This document shows positions 1 through 11,790 of a stretch of 60,000 bases of DNA, one piece after another. The notes beneath the pieces are model-generated. The model saw only the letters and a program-made list of their open reading frames with translations, did not search any database and had not been told where the DNA came from. The DNA is from Malacoraja senta (taxonomy: Eukaryota): the NCBI GenBank assembly GCA_038087875.1, contig CM075987.1, positions 22,136,001 through 22,196,000 of the forward strand, written 5' to 3'. The stretch's first letter is position 1, and the number at the start of each line of letters is the position of its first letter. The position numbers were made by a program, and so were the translations under genes.

Positions 1-99
1 GAGTGATATGAGCCAAATGTGGGCAGCTAGGACGTGTGGGCCGATGTGGGCAAGTTGGCCCGAAAGGCCTGTTTGCATGCTGTATCACTCTATGACTCA
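1..99 (+). mobile_element. 3' tail remnant of a CR1/HER1-type LINE (or HE1-type SINE tail)
   Basis: ggcccgaaaggcctgtttgcatgctgtatcactctatgactc resembles the gggccgaagggcctgtttcc..gctgtat tail of the SINE and CR1 copies elsewhere in the window. Confidence 0.6.
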
Positions 100-1393
100 T
101 CTGTATGTACTCTGGAGAAGGTTATGGAAGATAGGGAATTCGGAAAAGTGTATAGTGATGTCCTGAAACATATCAACATCACGATAGAAGATTGTTGGTG
201 GTGAGGCAATTAAGGCAGATAACTCCCTGTTTTAAATGATTAATTTCAATATGCCGACTCCTGATGTTTAATCTCACATGTAAAAACTGAACATTAATGT
301 AAAATATGGGATGTGTGCTTCAACAAGTGTCTTCAGAGGGAGGGAAAATATAATTGCCGAAAAAAGCTTCACAACTATTTCTGCGGTTGAATTGGACAGC
401 CCGTGTGTTCATCACCAATACAAAAAGCAAAAGGAGCAAGATTTACCTTCCAGTTTCTGATTCAGTTAGTGAGGTCAGTTGATAAAAGGATATTTTTTCT
501 TGTGGGAAAAAAAAGTGGTGGGCAAGACAGGATGAGAGGGGGAGGTCATTCTACTAGAGAAGTAAATTATGTAGAGTCTTCCACAGATATGGAGGGAGCA
601 CTAATGCCGTCATTAGTTCTGTGGTTTCTTGGGAACTGTTTTTTGACTATTAACACAGAAATGATGGGAACAATATAAAGGCAGTTAATTTGGGTGTTGT
701 AGACTAAAGCAGGAAGTAATCTTTATTTAGTATCAGTCACAACCTTAAAATCCCAATCTGCTTCATTACTAATGAAATAATGGATTACTATTTTCATACC
801 ATTGGCGTCAGAAGCAAAAGTAGGAGAACAGCAAGTGGAGAAGAAGGGTCTTGACGAGAAATATCAACAGTCCATTTCCATCTATGGATGCTGCCTGAGT
901 GATGCAGATGCGCAGTTACTCCAGCTGCTCTTCTTTTGCCACAGATTTCCCTGAAAATTCATTCCATGGTAGGACATATGACACATATATGGCTAACTCC
1001 TAAAATTTGTGAATGTTCAATTGGAAAGGGCAGCAGTTCCGAATTTGGATTGGAGCCACCACATGTGAACTTTTACTTGAACCTCTGAGGTATGTCAGTT
1101 CCTTGCATGATTAAATAAAAAAACCAAAAGATAGAAAAAAAGAATGATTTCAAATTCGGTAGCTTTTACATCTCAATGCTCAAAAATAAGGCAACAGCAA
1201 CAAAGGTCCAATATCAGATAGCAGTGGAGATCCCTGACCAAGCACTAACTCTAATCATTCTAACCCTTGAACTTAATTCCACATAGAATCAGCTTAGTAT
1301 ATGAGTTAGCTTGGATGAGTTAGTATTTTTCTTATCACTGATTTAATAGTTTGTGGTTAAACCTTAGCTCTGTTTTCAACCACATAAAAGGTA

Positions 1394-3008
1394 CAGTGGC
1401 TTGCAAAAGTATTCATACCCCTTGAACTTTTCCACATTTTGTCATGTTACAACCACAAACGTAAATGTATTTTATTGGGATTTTATGTGATAGACCAACA
1501 CAAAGTGGCGCATAATTGTGAAGTGGAAGGAAAATGATACATGGTTTTCAAATTTTTTTACAAATAAAAAACTGAAAAGTGTCACGTGCAAAAGTATTCA
1601 GCCCCCCTGAGTCAATACTTTGTAGAACCACCTTTCGCTGCAATTACAGCTGCAAGTCTTTTGGGGTATGTCTCTACCAGCTTTGCACATCTAGAGACTG
1701 AAATTTTTGCCCATTCTTCTTTGCAAAATAGCTCAAGCTCAGTCAGATTGGATGGAGAGCATCTGTGAACAGCAATTTTCAAGTCTTGCCAGAGATTCTC
1801 AATTGGATTTAGGTCTGGACTTTGACTGGGCTATTCTAACACATGAATATGCTTTGATCTAAACCATTCCATTGTAGCTCTGGCTGTATGTTTAGGGTCG
1901 TTGTCCTGCTGGAAGGTGAACCTCCGCCCCAGTCTCAAGTCTTTTGCAGACTCTAACAGGTTTTCTTCCAAGATTGCCCTGTATTTGGCTCCATCCATCT
2001 TCCCATCAACTCTGACCAGCTTCCCTGTCCCTGCTGAAGAAAATCATCCCCACAGCATGATGCTGCCACCACCATGTTTCACAGTGGGGATGGTGTGTTC
2101 AGGGTGATGTGCAGTGTTAGGTTTCCACCACACATAGCGTTTTGCATTTAGGCCAAAAACTTCAATTTTGGTCTCATCTGACCAGAGCACCTTCCTCCAC
2201 ATGTTTGCTGTGTCCCCCACATGGCTTGTGGCAAACTGCAAACGGGACTTCTTATGGCTTTTTTTCAACAATGGCTTTCTTCTTGCCACTTTTCCATAAA
2301 GGCCCGATTTGTGGAGTGCACGATTAATAGTTGTCCTGTGGACAGATTCTCCCACCTGAGCTGTGGATCTCTGCAGCTCCTCCAGAGTTACCATGGGCCT
2401 CTTGGCTGCTTCTCTGATCAATGCTCTCCTTGCCCGGCCTGTCAGTTTAGGTGGACGGCCATGTCTTGGTAGGTTTGCAGTTATGCCATACTCTTTCCAT
2501 TTTCGGATGATGGATTGAACAGTGCTCCGTGAGATGTTCAAAGCTTGGGATATTTTTTTATAACCTAACCCTGCTTTAAACTTCTCCACAACTTTATCCC
2601 TGACCTGTCTGGTGTGTTCCTTGGGCTTCATGATGCTGTTTGTTCACTAATGTTCTCTTACAAACCTCTGAGGCCTTCACAGAACAGCTGTATTTATACT
2701 GAGATTAGATTACACACAAGTGGACTCTATTTACTAATTAGGTGACTTCTGAAGGCAATTGGATGCACTGGATTTTATTTAGGGGTATCAGAGTGAAGGG
2801 CTGAATACCTTTGCACGCGACACTTTTCAGTTTTTTATTTGTAAAAAAATTTGAAAACCATGTATCATTTTCCTTCCACTTCACAATTATGCACCACTTT
2901 GTGTTAGTCTATCACATAAAATCCCAATAAAATACATTTACGTTTGTGGTTGTAACGTGACAAAATGTGGAAAAGTTCTAGGGGTATGATTACTTTTGCA
3001 AGCCACTG
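1394..3008 (-). mobile_element. Full-length Tc1/mariner DNA transposon, IR/DR type, Passport-like
   Basis: ~210-bp TIRs (CAGTGGCTTGCAAAAGTA... at 1394-~1607; mirror at ~2797-3008). Inner direct repeat TGCAAAAGTATTCA. TA TSD at 1392-1393 and 3009-3010. Internal transposase. Confidence 0.96.
1612..2631 (-). pseudogene. Tc1 DD34E transposase, 339 codons, with two in-frame stops
   Basis: Frame reads MKPKEHTRQVRDKVV...GRPPKL...WSDETK...GGGSIMLWG*FSSAGTG...FQQDNDPKH...VLE*PSQSPDLNPIENLW...AKGGSTKY*. Stops are TGA at 2044-2046 and TAG at 1831-1833. No frameshift. 34 residues between the second D and E. Confidence 0.93.
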
Positions 3009-3363
3009 TAACTCTATGATTTGATTTTTGGTACAAAACTTTACTCAACATGGGTGAATTACATCAATTCAGGTGTGCTCCACTTGCACATCACATATTC
3101 AATTGTGAACCCTGATGTCACTGTTACGTACACTGCTTTGGAAATCTCAGGGACAGGAGTACACTGAGAGGGCGGTGGAGAGTATGACTTTGTAAAACTA
3201 TTCTTTTCTCGTTTGTCACATATTTGTTGTATGAGTAAACTTGTAAAATACATTAAGATTTGTAGCCTGCAGTACCTACGTATAATGACTATTTCTGGTT
3301 AGTAATTGTTGTAAATCTGGCTATTGCCTGAAACATTTGCCCCAGATGCCCGTTGTATTAACT

Positions 3364-3676
3364 GGGCGGCACGGTGGCGCAGCGGTAGAGTTGTTGCCTT
3401 ACAGTGCCAGAGACCCGGGTTCAATCCTGTCTACGGGTGCTGTCTGTGTGGAGTTTGTATGTTCTCTCCGTGACTTGCGTGGGTTTTCTCCGGTTTCCTC
3501 CCACACTTCAAAGACGTACATGTTTGTAGATTAATTGGCTTGGTATAATTGTAAATTGTTCCTAGTGTGTAGGGTAGCGTTAATGTGCGGGGATCACTGG
3601 TCAACACGGACCCGGTGGGCCGAAGGGCCTGTTTCCGCGCTGTATCTCTAAACTAAACTAAATTAAACTAAACTAA
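3364..3676 (+). mobile_element. tRNA-derived V-SINE (HE1-like)
   Basis: Pol III A box TGGCGCAGCGG and B box GGTTCAATCC. Central V-domain-like core (tgtgtggagtttg...gtttcctcccaca). CR1-like tail gggccgaagggcctgtttcc and (TAAAC)n end. Confidence 0.9.
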
Positions 3677-4399
3677 TGTAATATAAAGGTGACTCCCTGT
3701 CCAATTCAGGATCTCTAGTGCTGTGTGTTAACTACTCAGCATCTCAACCATAAATGAAACAACCCAAAGTTAAATGGAGGAACGGAGAGGTTAGTGAAGA
3801 AAAACAAACATGCCTCGAAAATTTATTCAAAGAATTCAATCCTTGAAAATGGAATGAAAATTGGCTAGCTGCACAGAAATTGCAAATGAGAATTTGTTAA
3901 ATTAAAGAACAGTTTTAACATAACTGGCTAAAAAAGCCATGGTTCCTGAGGATCATTCTTCTTATGCAGTGAGCTGTTATGACCTGGAATGCTCTGCTGA
4001 AAATGCATTGGAAGCAGATTCATCAATATTGTTTAAAATATTGATAATAGAGACAAGCACAAAATCTGACACATTGGTGCAGTATTGAGGATGTTACATC
4101 CCCTTTCACATGCGATGTTAAACTAAACCTTCACATGAACTTCCAGGTTAAAGGCTCTGTGGAACAAGTTTGATGCAGTGCTGCTTAATATATATGCTTT
4201 AACCAATACCTAGTTTTTATCACATTGCTGATGGCGGAGATTGCAATGCAGTAATTAGCTGCAATGTTTCTTCCATCACAACAGCGATCATATTTAAAAT
4301 ATACTTTATTGACAGCAAGTTGCCTTGTTAAATCCTGAGATTCTGGATAACATTAAACAATTATAAGCCTATTTTAAAAAACACTTAGCCATTACAGAT

Positions 4400-4730
4400 T
4401 ACAGATAAGTTTATTGTCATTAAAACCAGGATTCAATAAAACTTCTTGTGCACTTGAAGTTCACAAAGTAAGCAGTATACAATCCGTAAAGATAAATACA
4501 ACAGTGAATGTAAAACAGCAGAATGGTGCATGATTGCAGTGCAAAAACTGAGTTGTGCAAAAAAAATTAAAGTATTTTAATCGAATAACCAATGAAGTAG
4601 ACCTAAAAGTAAATGACAACACCTCCGGGAATGGAGCGTGAAAGTGATTGGCTCAGGAGTCAGTAGCAGTGGGAAAGAAGTTGTCCTTAAGTCTGGACAT
4701 CCGATCTTTCAAGCTCCTGTATCTTCCCCC
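4400..4730 (-). mobile_element. Old Rex1/Babar-type LINE 3' end
   Basis: tttattgtca (antisense of the gacaataaa tail) and gggaaagaagttgtcc...gctcctgtatctt similar to the Rex1 3' region at 13800-13860. Confidence 0.5.
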
Positions 4731-4759
4731 ATCTGATTATAGCCAGAGAATTGCCCGCA

Positions 4760-5740
4760 ATTATTTCTATTCTCTACCAAAATGTAATTATTCAAACTTT
4801 TAGTATTAAATTTCATCTGCCAACCACCCTTCCCCCTCACCCCCATCATATTCCACACTATTCCTTAGCCTTCACTACTCCAAGTTTTGTGCAACTGAAA
4901 CATTTGGATTTGAACTCTGCATCCTAGTCCAAATCATTAATATATTTTATGAATAAAATTGCTTATTATCTCTGGTTGCTTATTGCTGTACACTTCTGTA
5001 CAGAGTGGAAAATAACTTTTTATTACTTTCTCTGTTTCCTGTTACTTAGCCAATTTCTATCCGTGCCTCGACTGTCTATTTTATTCACTCAGTCTTGATA
5101 AGTTTGCTAATATGTGACATCTTATCAATCCCATTTAGAAGTCCATATATACAACATCAATAATTTTTCCCTTATTGATCTTTGAAGATTCCAGCATCTG
5201 CATTTCCTCGTGTCTCCAAATCCTCCTGTTCTCCCAGTGTATTTTGGATAGTTGGTCCTTCATTATCACTACCCTGTGATTTTTGCACGCATCTGCAATT
5301 TTTCTACAAATTTGCTCCACAATAGCCTTCATAGTACAGAATAGTACAGTCTGTGTAATTTGGTCTCTCTTGTTTCTTAACCGTCAGTTTTTTCTCCCAT
5401 CCCAATCCTGAATACTTTCATGAAGAAATATTTAGAATGTATTCCTGCCCTTTTTCTATTGCCAATAATTTGTTCTTGCAACAACATCGTTATCCCACCT
5501 GCTAGTCATCAACCTTATTGCACACTCAATTGGTCCTCTCTCAAAACATCCCATTGCTTTTACTGGTGCATTTATCTCTCCCAATGTTTTTTGCACCTTT
5601 TTTTCTTTTATGTACTGATTTCCTGTGCCCTTCCTCTGCCAAATTAGTGAAGCATTGTGCAATACTACAATACCTTCCACAATACTAGGAAGCCCTCCTG
5701 TGAGGACATTGGTCTCAACCCAGGTGAGGTGCAACCATTT
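4760..5740 (-). mobile_element. Degenerate CR1-type LINE fragments
   Basis: Minus-strand translation retains ICRKIADACKNHRVVIM (endonuclease region) and DVVYMDF (RT motif). A short PLE-terminus fragment interrupts it near 5185-5218. Confidence 0.55.
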
Positions 5741-7865
5741 AAATAAAACAAAAAGGGATTTAATATTAATAATAATAACATTCTTTATCTGTTAATCAAA
5801 TGAATAGAGGAATAACAAGGCACTGCCTGGCTTACATGGATCTCAGCACCTTCAGAAATGGTTCTCAATGCCCCAGGCATCTAAAGTCTCTCCTACAGCA
5901 ATTCTTTCGTCATCCATTCATCTGTGCTGTTTTCCTATTTTTATATTCAGTCACGCATGATTTGGTAATAAATCTGGACAATACTACTTTTGATTAAGTT
6001 TTTCCTAAATTCGTAAAATCTGTCTGCAGGAACTCATCCTTTTTTTTTAACCTCTGGTATTGCTATAAACCATTACATCTGCTTGTACACACTCTCCTGA
6101 ATTATCCATTGTCAATTAACCCTGGTACCAGGGAGCGAAAATACCATCCAGGTGTCACGTTGTGCTGCCCCAACTGAATATTTGCCTGTAATTATTGCTC
6201 TTCATTTTTCTCCTTCCTTCCAGTAAAATTGACCCACCCTTGATATGGAGACACAGGAGACTGCAGATGTTGAAATTGTGAGCAAAATGTGAACAGCTGG
6301 AGGAACGAAGCGGGCCAGGCAGCATGTGTGGAATGAAAAGGGTGGATGACATTTCATGTTGGGACCCTTCCGCAGATTAGATGATAATACTTTGGCTGTG
6401 GCTGCACACCCTCATTAGTACTTATAACTCAATGTTGATTAGAGAGCAAGATTTACTTGAAGTCCCCTGAAATACCTGGCAGCTTGTCTTCCCTCTCTTT
6501 TGCATTCTGTGACTCCTCTTTCCTGAGCTGCATGTGACTAGCTTCTGAAACATTCTCTCCATGAAATAATCAGCTTCATAAAGACATCGACAATTGCTGA
6601 AGCTCCAAAGCCTGAAGCTTGAACCTTTTCATTTGTTTACACTTCCTGCACTTGTGGCTATCTGGCCAAGGGAAGCATCCTGTAGCACAGGATGTGTATT
6701 CCAAAGTGTCTTGTTATTCCTCTATTTATTCAATTAACAGATAAAGAAAACATTTACAATATTATTGCTATTAAGTCCATTTCTGTTTTACTTAAATGAA
6801 GATATAATCAGATTTGTTGGATTCAATATAGAGATATTTCTACGTGCAAGAGTCCAATTGATTAGACTGAAGTGTGAAATCAATCATAAAACTTTGTGGG
6901 GTACATCATATGTAATGTGAATTTGACTCCACGTGATGTTCCTCTGCAGAAATAATGCAGGACATGTAGGCATGGTGTAACATCATTACAATAGCAATGG
7001 ATTGCAGATATGCCTCATTCAGAAAAGCAAGTCCTAACTGAAGATTGGAGGGCTACTGGAGCATTCATAAAAGTAACAGATGTACATGCACTGTCAGAAA
7101 GCAGCAATGGGTGCAGCTGCAAGCTCGCAATGAACCAAATTTCTCAGCATTTTGCAAGGCAAATTTTGGATTCACGTTGGATATCTAATTCTCCAGCCAT
7201 AATGTCCAATCGAGTATTGGAGAAGCAGGACGTCTTCCCCTATGTCTATGCTGGCACTGTTGACTCGCAGTCTCTTGAAGACATCACTAACTCGTCCACT
7301 GCCATATCACTTTGCACGGTTGTGAACTACTGCTTCATGGGTTCCTCTATGACAATAACAACCTTTAGGTCCTTCTGATAAATGTGTCCTTTCTCCTTCC
7401 CAGAAGCAACAAAAGATGATGTCTGTCTTTTATGGTGTCCCTCCCAAAGATGTTCCAAGCAAAATCTTATCCTCTGTGTTGTTGGGCTGTGCTAGGCTTT
7501 GTGCATGCCTCTCAAATTTAGAAATGGTTAATATGTAGAAATGTTGCATTGCTGTATCGCTGAAGTGCATCAAAGCCTTACACATTTTGTACGAGTAAGA
7601 ATCCTTCTCGCATTAAAATGTGTTTGCTGTAATCACCATTTAATAGGCTAACACTGATCAAAGTTATTCCCTTTGTTCTGGACTCTCCTTCTATCTTGTC
7701 AACTCCATTAATCACCTTAAGCGCCTCTATTAGATTACTATTTAATCTCCTTTAGTCAACAGAATAAAGCCAAGTGATCTTCTGAGGTAAATAATACAGA
7801 CAAACTGCAGAAATAGTTTGGCATGTATCCATCAACAAGCTTGTTGGAGAGTAAAATGAATGAGG

Positions 7866-10800
7866 ATAGACACAAAAAGCTGGAGTACCTCAGCGGGACA
7901 GGCAGCACCTCTGGAGAGAAGGAATGGGTAACATATCGGATCGAAACCCTTCACACTGGTTAGGGATGAGGGAAACAAGAGATAGACGGTGATGTGGAGA
8001 GATAAAGAACAATGAATGAAAGATATGCAGTAATGATGATAAAGGAAACAGGCCATTGTTAGCTGTTTGTAGGGTGAAAATGAGAAGCTAGTGCGACTTG
8101 GGTGGGGGAGGAATAGAGAGAGAGGGAATGCCGGGGCTACCTGAAGTGAGGTTGGAAGAAGGGTCTCGACCCGAAACGTCACCCATTCCTTCTCTCCAGA
8201 GATGCTGCCTATCCCGCTGTGTTACTCCAGCATTTTGTGTCTACCTGACGGAAATCAATATTCATATGACTGGGCTGTAAGTTGCCCAAGCGAAATATGT
8301 GATGCTATTCCTCCAATTTGCATTTAGCCTCTGACAATGGAGGAGGCCTAGGACAGAAAGGTCAGTGTTGGAATGGGAAAGGGAATTAAAATGTTTAGCA
8401 AGCATACCTGATGTATGTCCAGGCGGACTGAGCGAAGGCGATCACAAAATGATCGCCCAGTCTACTTTTGGTCTTGCTGATGTATAAGAGTCCACATCTT
8501 GAACAACGATGTATAAGAGTCCACATCTTGAACAACGGAGATGTAGAAGATTCCATATCTTGAATCTTGCGTTTAGCCTCACTCTGACAATGGAGGAGAC
8601 CTAGTTCAGAAAGGTCTGTGTAGGAATGGGAAGGAGAATTAAAGTGTCCGGCAACCGAGAGATCAGGTAGGTTCAGGTGGGCTGAGCGAAGGTATTCCGC
8701 AAAATGATCGCCCAGTCTGCGTTTGGTCTTGCCGATGTATAAGAGTCCACATCTTGAACAACCGATACAGTAAATGAGGTTGTAGGAGGTGCAAGTGAAC
8801 CTCTGCCTAACCTGAAAGGACTGTCGGGGTCCCTGGACAGAGTCGAGAGAGGAGGTATAACGACAGATGTTGCATCTTCTGTGGTTGCAGGGGAAGGTAC
8901 CTGGGGAAGAGATGATTTGGGTGGGAAGGGCTGAGTTAACCAGGGAGTTGCGGAGGAACGGTCTCTGCGGAAGGCGGAAAGGGGTGGAGATGGGAAAATG
9001 TGGTTAGTGGTGGGATCCCGTTGGAGGTGGCAGAAATTTCAGAGGATTATGTGTTGTATGCGACGGATGATGGGGTGGAAGGTAAGGCCTAGGGGGACTC
9101 TGTCTCTGTTAGGACTATGGGGAGGGGGAGCATAGGGCGGAGCTGTGGGTTTCCGAGGAGACAAGTGAGGGCCTCATCTATGATGGGAGAGGGGGACCCC
9201 CGTTCCCTAAAGAAAGAGGGCATCTCGAATGTCCTACTATGGAACATCTTATCTTGGGCACAGATGCGGCGTAGATAGGGGTTAGCAGGGTGGGAAGAAG
9301 TGTAGTCGAGATAGTTGTGAGAGTCAGTGGGTTTGTAATAGACATCAGTCAATAGTCTACTTCCTATGATGGAGACTGAGATCAAGAAAGGGGGGGGGGG
9401 GGGTAGGTGTCGGAGATGGTCCAAGTAAATTTGAGTGTAGGATGAAAATTGGTGAATTTGATGAAGTCCATGAGTTCTGCATGGGTGCAGGAGGTAGTAC
9501 CGATGCAGTCATCAATGTAACGGAGATAGTGTTCGGGGATAGGGCCAGTGTACGCCTGGAAGAAGGATTGTTCAACATGCCCTACAGAGGCACGCATAGC
9601 TGGGGCCTATGCGGGTGCCCATAGCTATGCCTTGGACTTGGAGGAAGTGCGAGGAGTCAAAGGAGAAAGTTGTTGAGGGTGATGACCAGCTCTGCTAGGC
9701 GGAGTAGTTTTAGTAGAGGGAAATTGGATGGTTCTACGGTCGAGGGCTTTAAGGCCTTTCTGTGGGTGATGGAGGTGTAGAGTGACTGAACGTCCATAGT
9801 AAAGATGAGGGAGTGTGGGCTCGGAAAGCAGGTCATTAAAGAGATGACGGGCATGTGAGGTATCTTGGACATAGGTCGGGAGAGATTGGACCAGGGGGGA
9901 TGGATTGGAGTCAAGGTATGTGGAAATCATTTCCGTGGGACAGGAGCAGACAGAAACAATGGGTCTGCCACGGCAGTTGTGTTTGTGGATTTTGTGCGGG
10001 GCTGGGAAACGATAAGGTTGGAGGCTGCCAGAAGTGATAAAATCAGAAATGGTGGGTGAGATTAAGGCCTGGTGCTCATCTGTGGGGTCATGGTCCAAGG
10101 ATAAGTAGGAGGAGGTATCTGAGAGTTGTTGCCTGGCCTCAGCCAGGTCAGCACGCAAGACTACCATGGCACCTCCCTTGTCGGCAGGTTTGACGATAAT
10201 GTCGGGGTTACTGCAGAGTATGTGGAGGGCTGTACGTTCAGAGGAGGTAAGGTTAGAGTAGGTAAGGGGAGTAGAAAAGTTGAGATGGTTGATGTCACTC
10301 CGCCAGTTAGAAATAAAGAGGTCTAGCGAGGGTAAAAGACCTTTCTGGGGAGTCCAAGAGGAGGGGGACCGGTGGAGACGGGAGAAGGTGGATGGGAGGA
10401 CTCCTTACCATAGAAAAAGGCACGGAGACGGAGGCGACGGAAGAAAAGCTCTACGTTGTTGCGGACCCGGAACTTGTTGAGGTGGGGGCGGAGGGGAACA
10501 AAGGTGAGGCCTCTGTTGAGGACAGACCACTCCGTATTGGAAAGGGGGAGGTCAGGGGGGATGGTGAAGACATGACAAGGGTGGGGTTTGGGGTCAGAGG
10601 AGGGCCGGGGAGTGGACAAAGGCCGAGATGAGATCTGGTGGGGGGGATGGTGGGTGTTCAGAGAGGAGCGGGGCGTGAGGACTATTGTATGGGTGGGGTG
10701 TGGTCATGGTAACCTGGTTAAAAGAGGGGGAAGAGGAAGACCCATCACTACTGAGGTTCCCTATAGGAGGGGGAGGGGGGGAGTAATAGGGCCCAGCAGA

Positions 10801-11790
10801 GTCAGACCACATTGTGTAGGAGTCTGCATCGTGGAGGCTGTGAGTCTGGTGCTGAGCCTGGAACTCTGGCAAGGCTACGGCTCCGGCCCGCTGGTGGGTG
10901 GTGGAGAGGCGAGGATCGGCAGAGTCATTGGTGGAGGCCCATGGGGGGCTGGAGTAGAGATATGGGTCAGCGGCAGCAGTGTCGGTGGCCCTGGGGAGAC
11001 AGTGAAGGTCAGGGACAGTGGTGGCCCCGGGGAAATGGTGCGAGTCGACGACAACAGCGGTGGCCCCTGGGAGGCGGTGAGAGTCGGCGGCTGCAGCAGT
11101 TTTGGTGGTCCGGGCCTGGGTTCGGCCGGGAAGGCGGTGAAGGTCGGAGAGGTGATGGATGTTGGTGCTGCTCCTCGTGGCGGCAATCTCAGCCACGTGG
11201 TGTTCGGGCAGGCGGCGCGGCCCAGCGGTGGAGCCACAGGCTTGCAGGCGGTCGAGTCGAGGAGTGTCGGTGGAGGGAGCGGTCTGGAGGCGAGCAAGCT
11301 TGTGATCCTTGGTAGAGTCCAGGTAGGCGAGGAAGTGTTTGTTGAGGGCGTGGATCTGGCATCGAATGAAGTACCGTTGGGGTCCATTGCAGGTGTGGGT
11401 GAGTGAGGCCAGGAGCTGTGGGAGAATCAGAGCGAGGGCCTGCTGGTGCCGGCGCATTGCAGTCAGTGTAGAACGCAGGGCATGGAAGGAGAACTGCTGT
11501 GAAAAGCGGCAGATCGACTGTCGGTACCTGTAATCCGGGTTGGGTCCGAACTGGGATGTCTGGAACTGGAGTTGGAATCCATGAGGTAGAAGATGGAGGT
11601 GCAGGTAAGCACTGAGAAAACACATGTGGCTGTGGTAGTGAGTCTGGGTTAAATCCTGGTCGTAGAGTCGGAGAGCAGGAGAAATCAGAGAGAGGGAGCA
11701 GTGAGAGAGGATGTTGCAGAACTCTCGTCGGAGAGAGGAGGAGAACTTCTTCAAAGTAGACTTACCTTGAGGAGATTTCGCTGTAGAGCA
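7866..11790 (-). mobile_element. Near-full-length Penelope-like element (Neptune-type), frameshifted
   Basis: N-terminal H..FL...L.PHGFQLQF and LSNTEWSVLNRGLTFVP motifs. RT motifs GRPIVS, TMDVQSLYTSI, YLRYIDDC, DVYYKPTDSHNYL. Cys linker and GIY-YIG-like region near 8700-8900. 3' pLTR-like tail 7866-8150 matches 46200-46510. Confidence 0.88.
8152..8246 (+). mobile_element. Inverted PLE terminal-repeat fragment inserted in the PLE 3' end
   Basis: gaagaagggtctcgacccgaaacgtcacccattcc...tgtgtctacc lies in opposite orientation to the 7866-7950 copy. Confidence 0.8.

Noticed and set aside
3364..3435. tRNA gene
   Set aside because: It is the tRNA-derived head of a SINE, continuous with the SINE body and tail.
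7010..7378. 122-aa ORF as a host gene
   Set aside because: No recognisable motif or splice support. Kept only as context for the inverted repeat.
10588..11406. 272-aa Gly/Val-rich + strand ORF and overlapping ORFs
   Set aside because: They are antisense shadows of the GC-rich PLE ORF.
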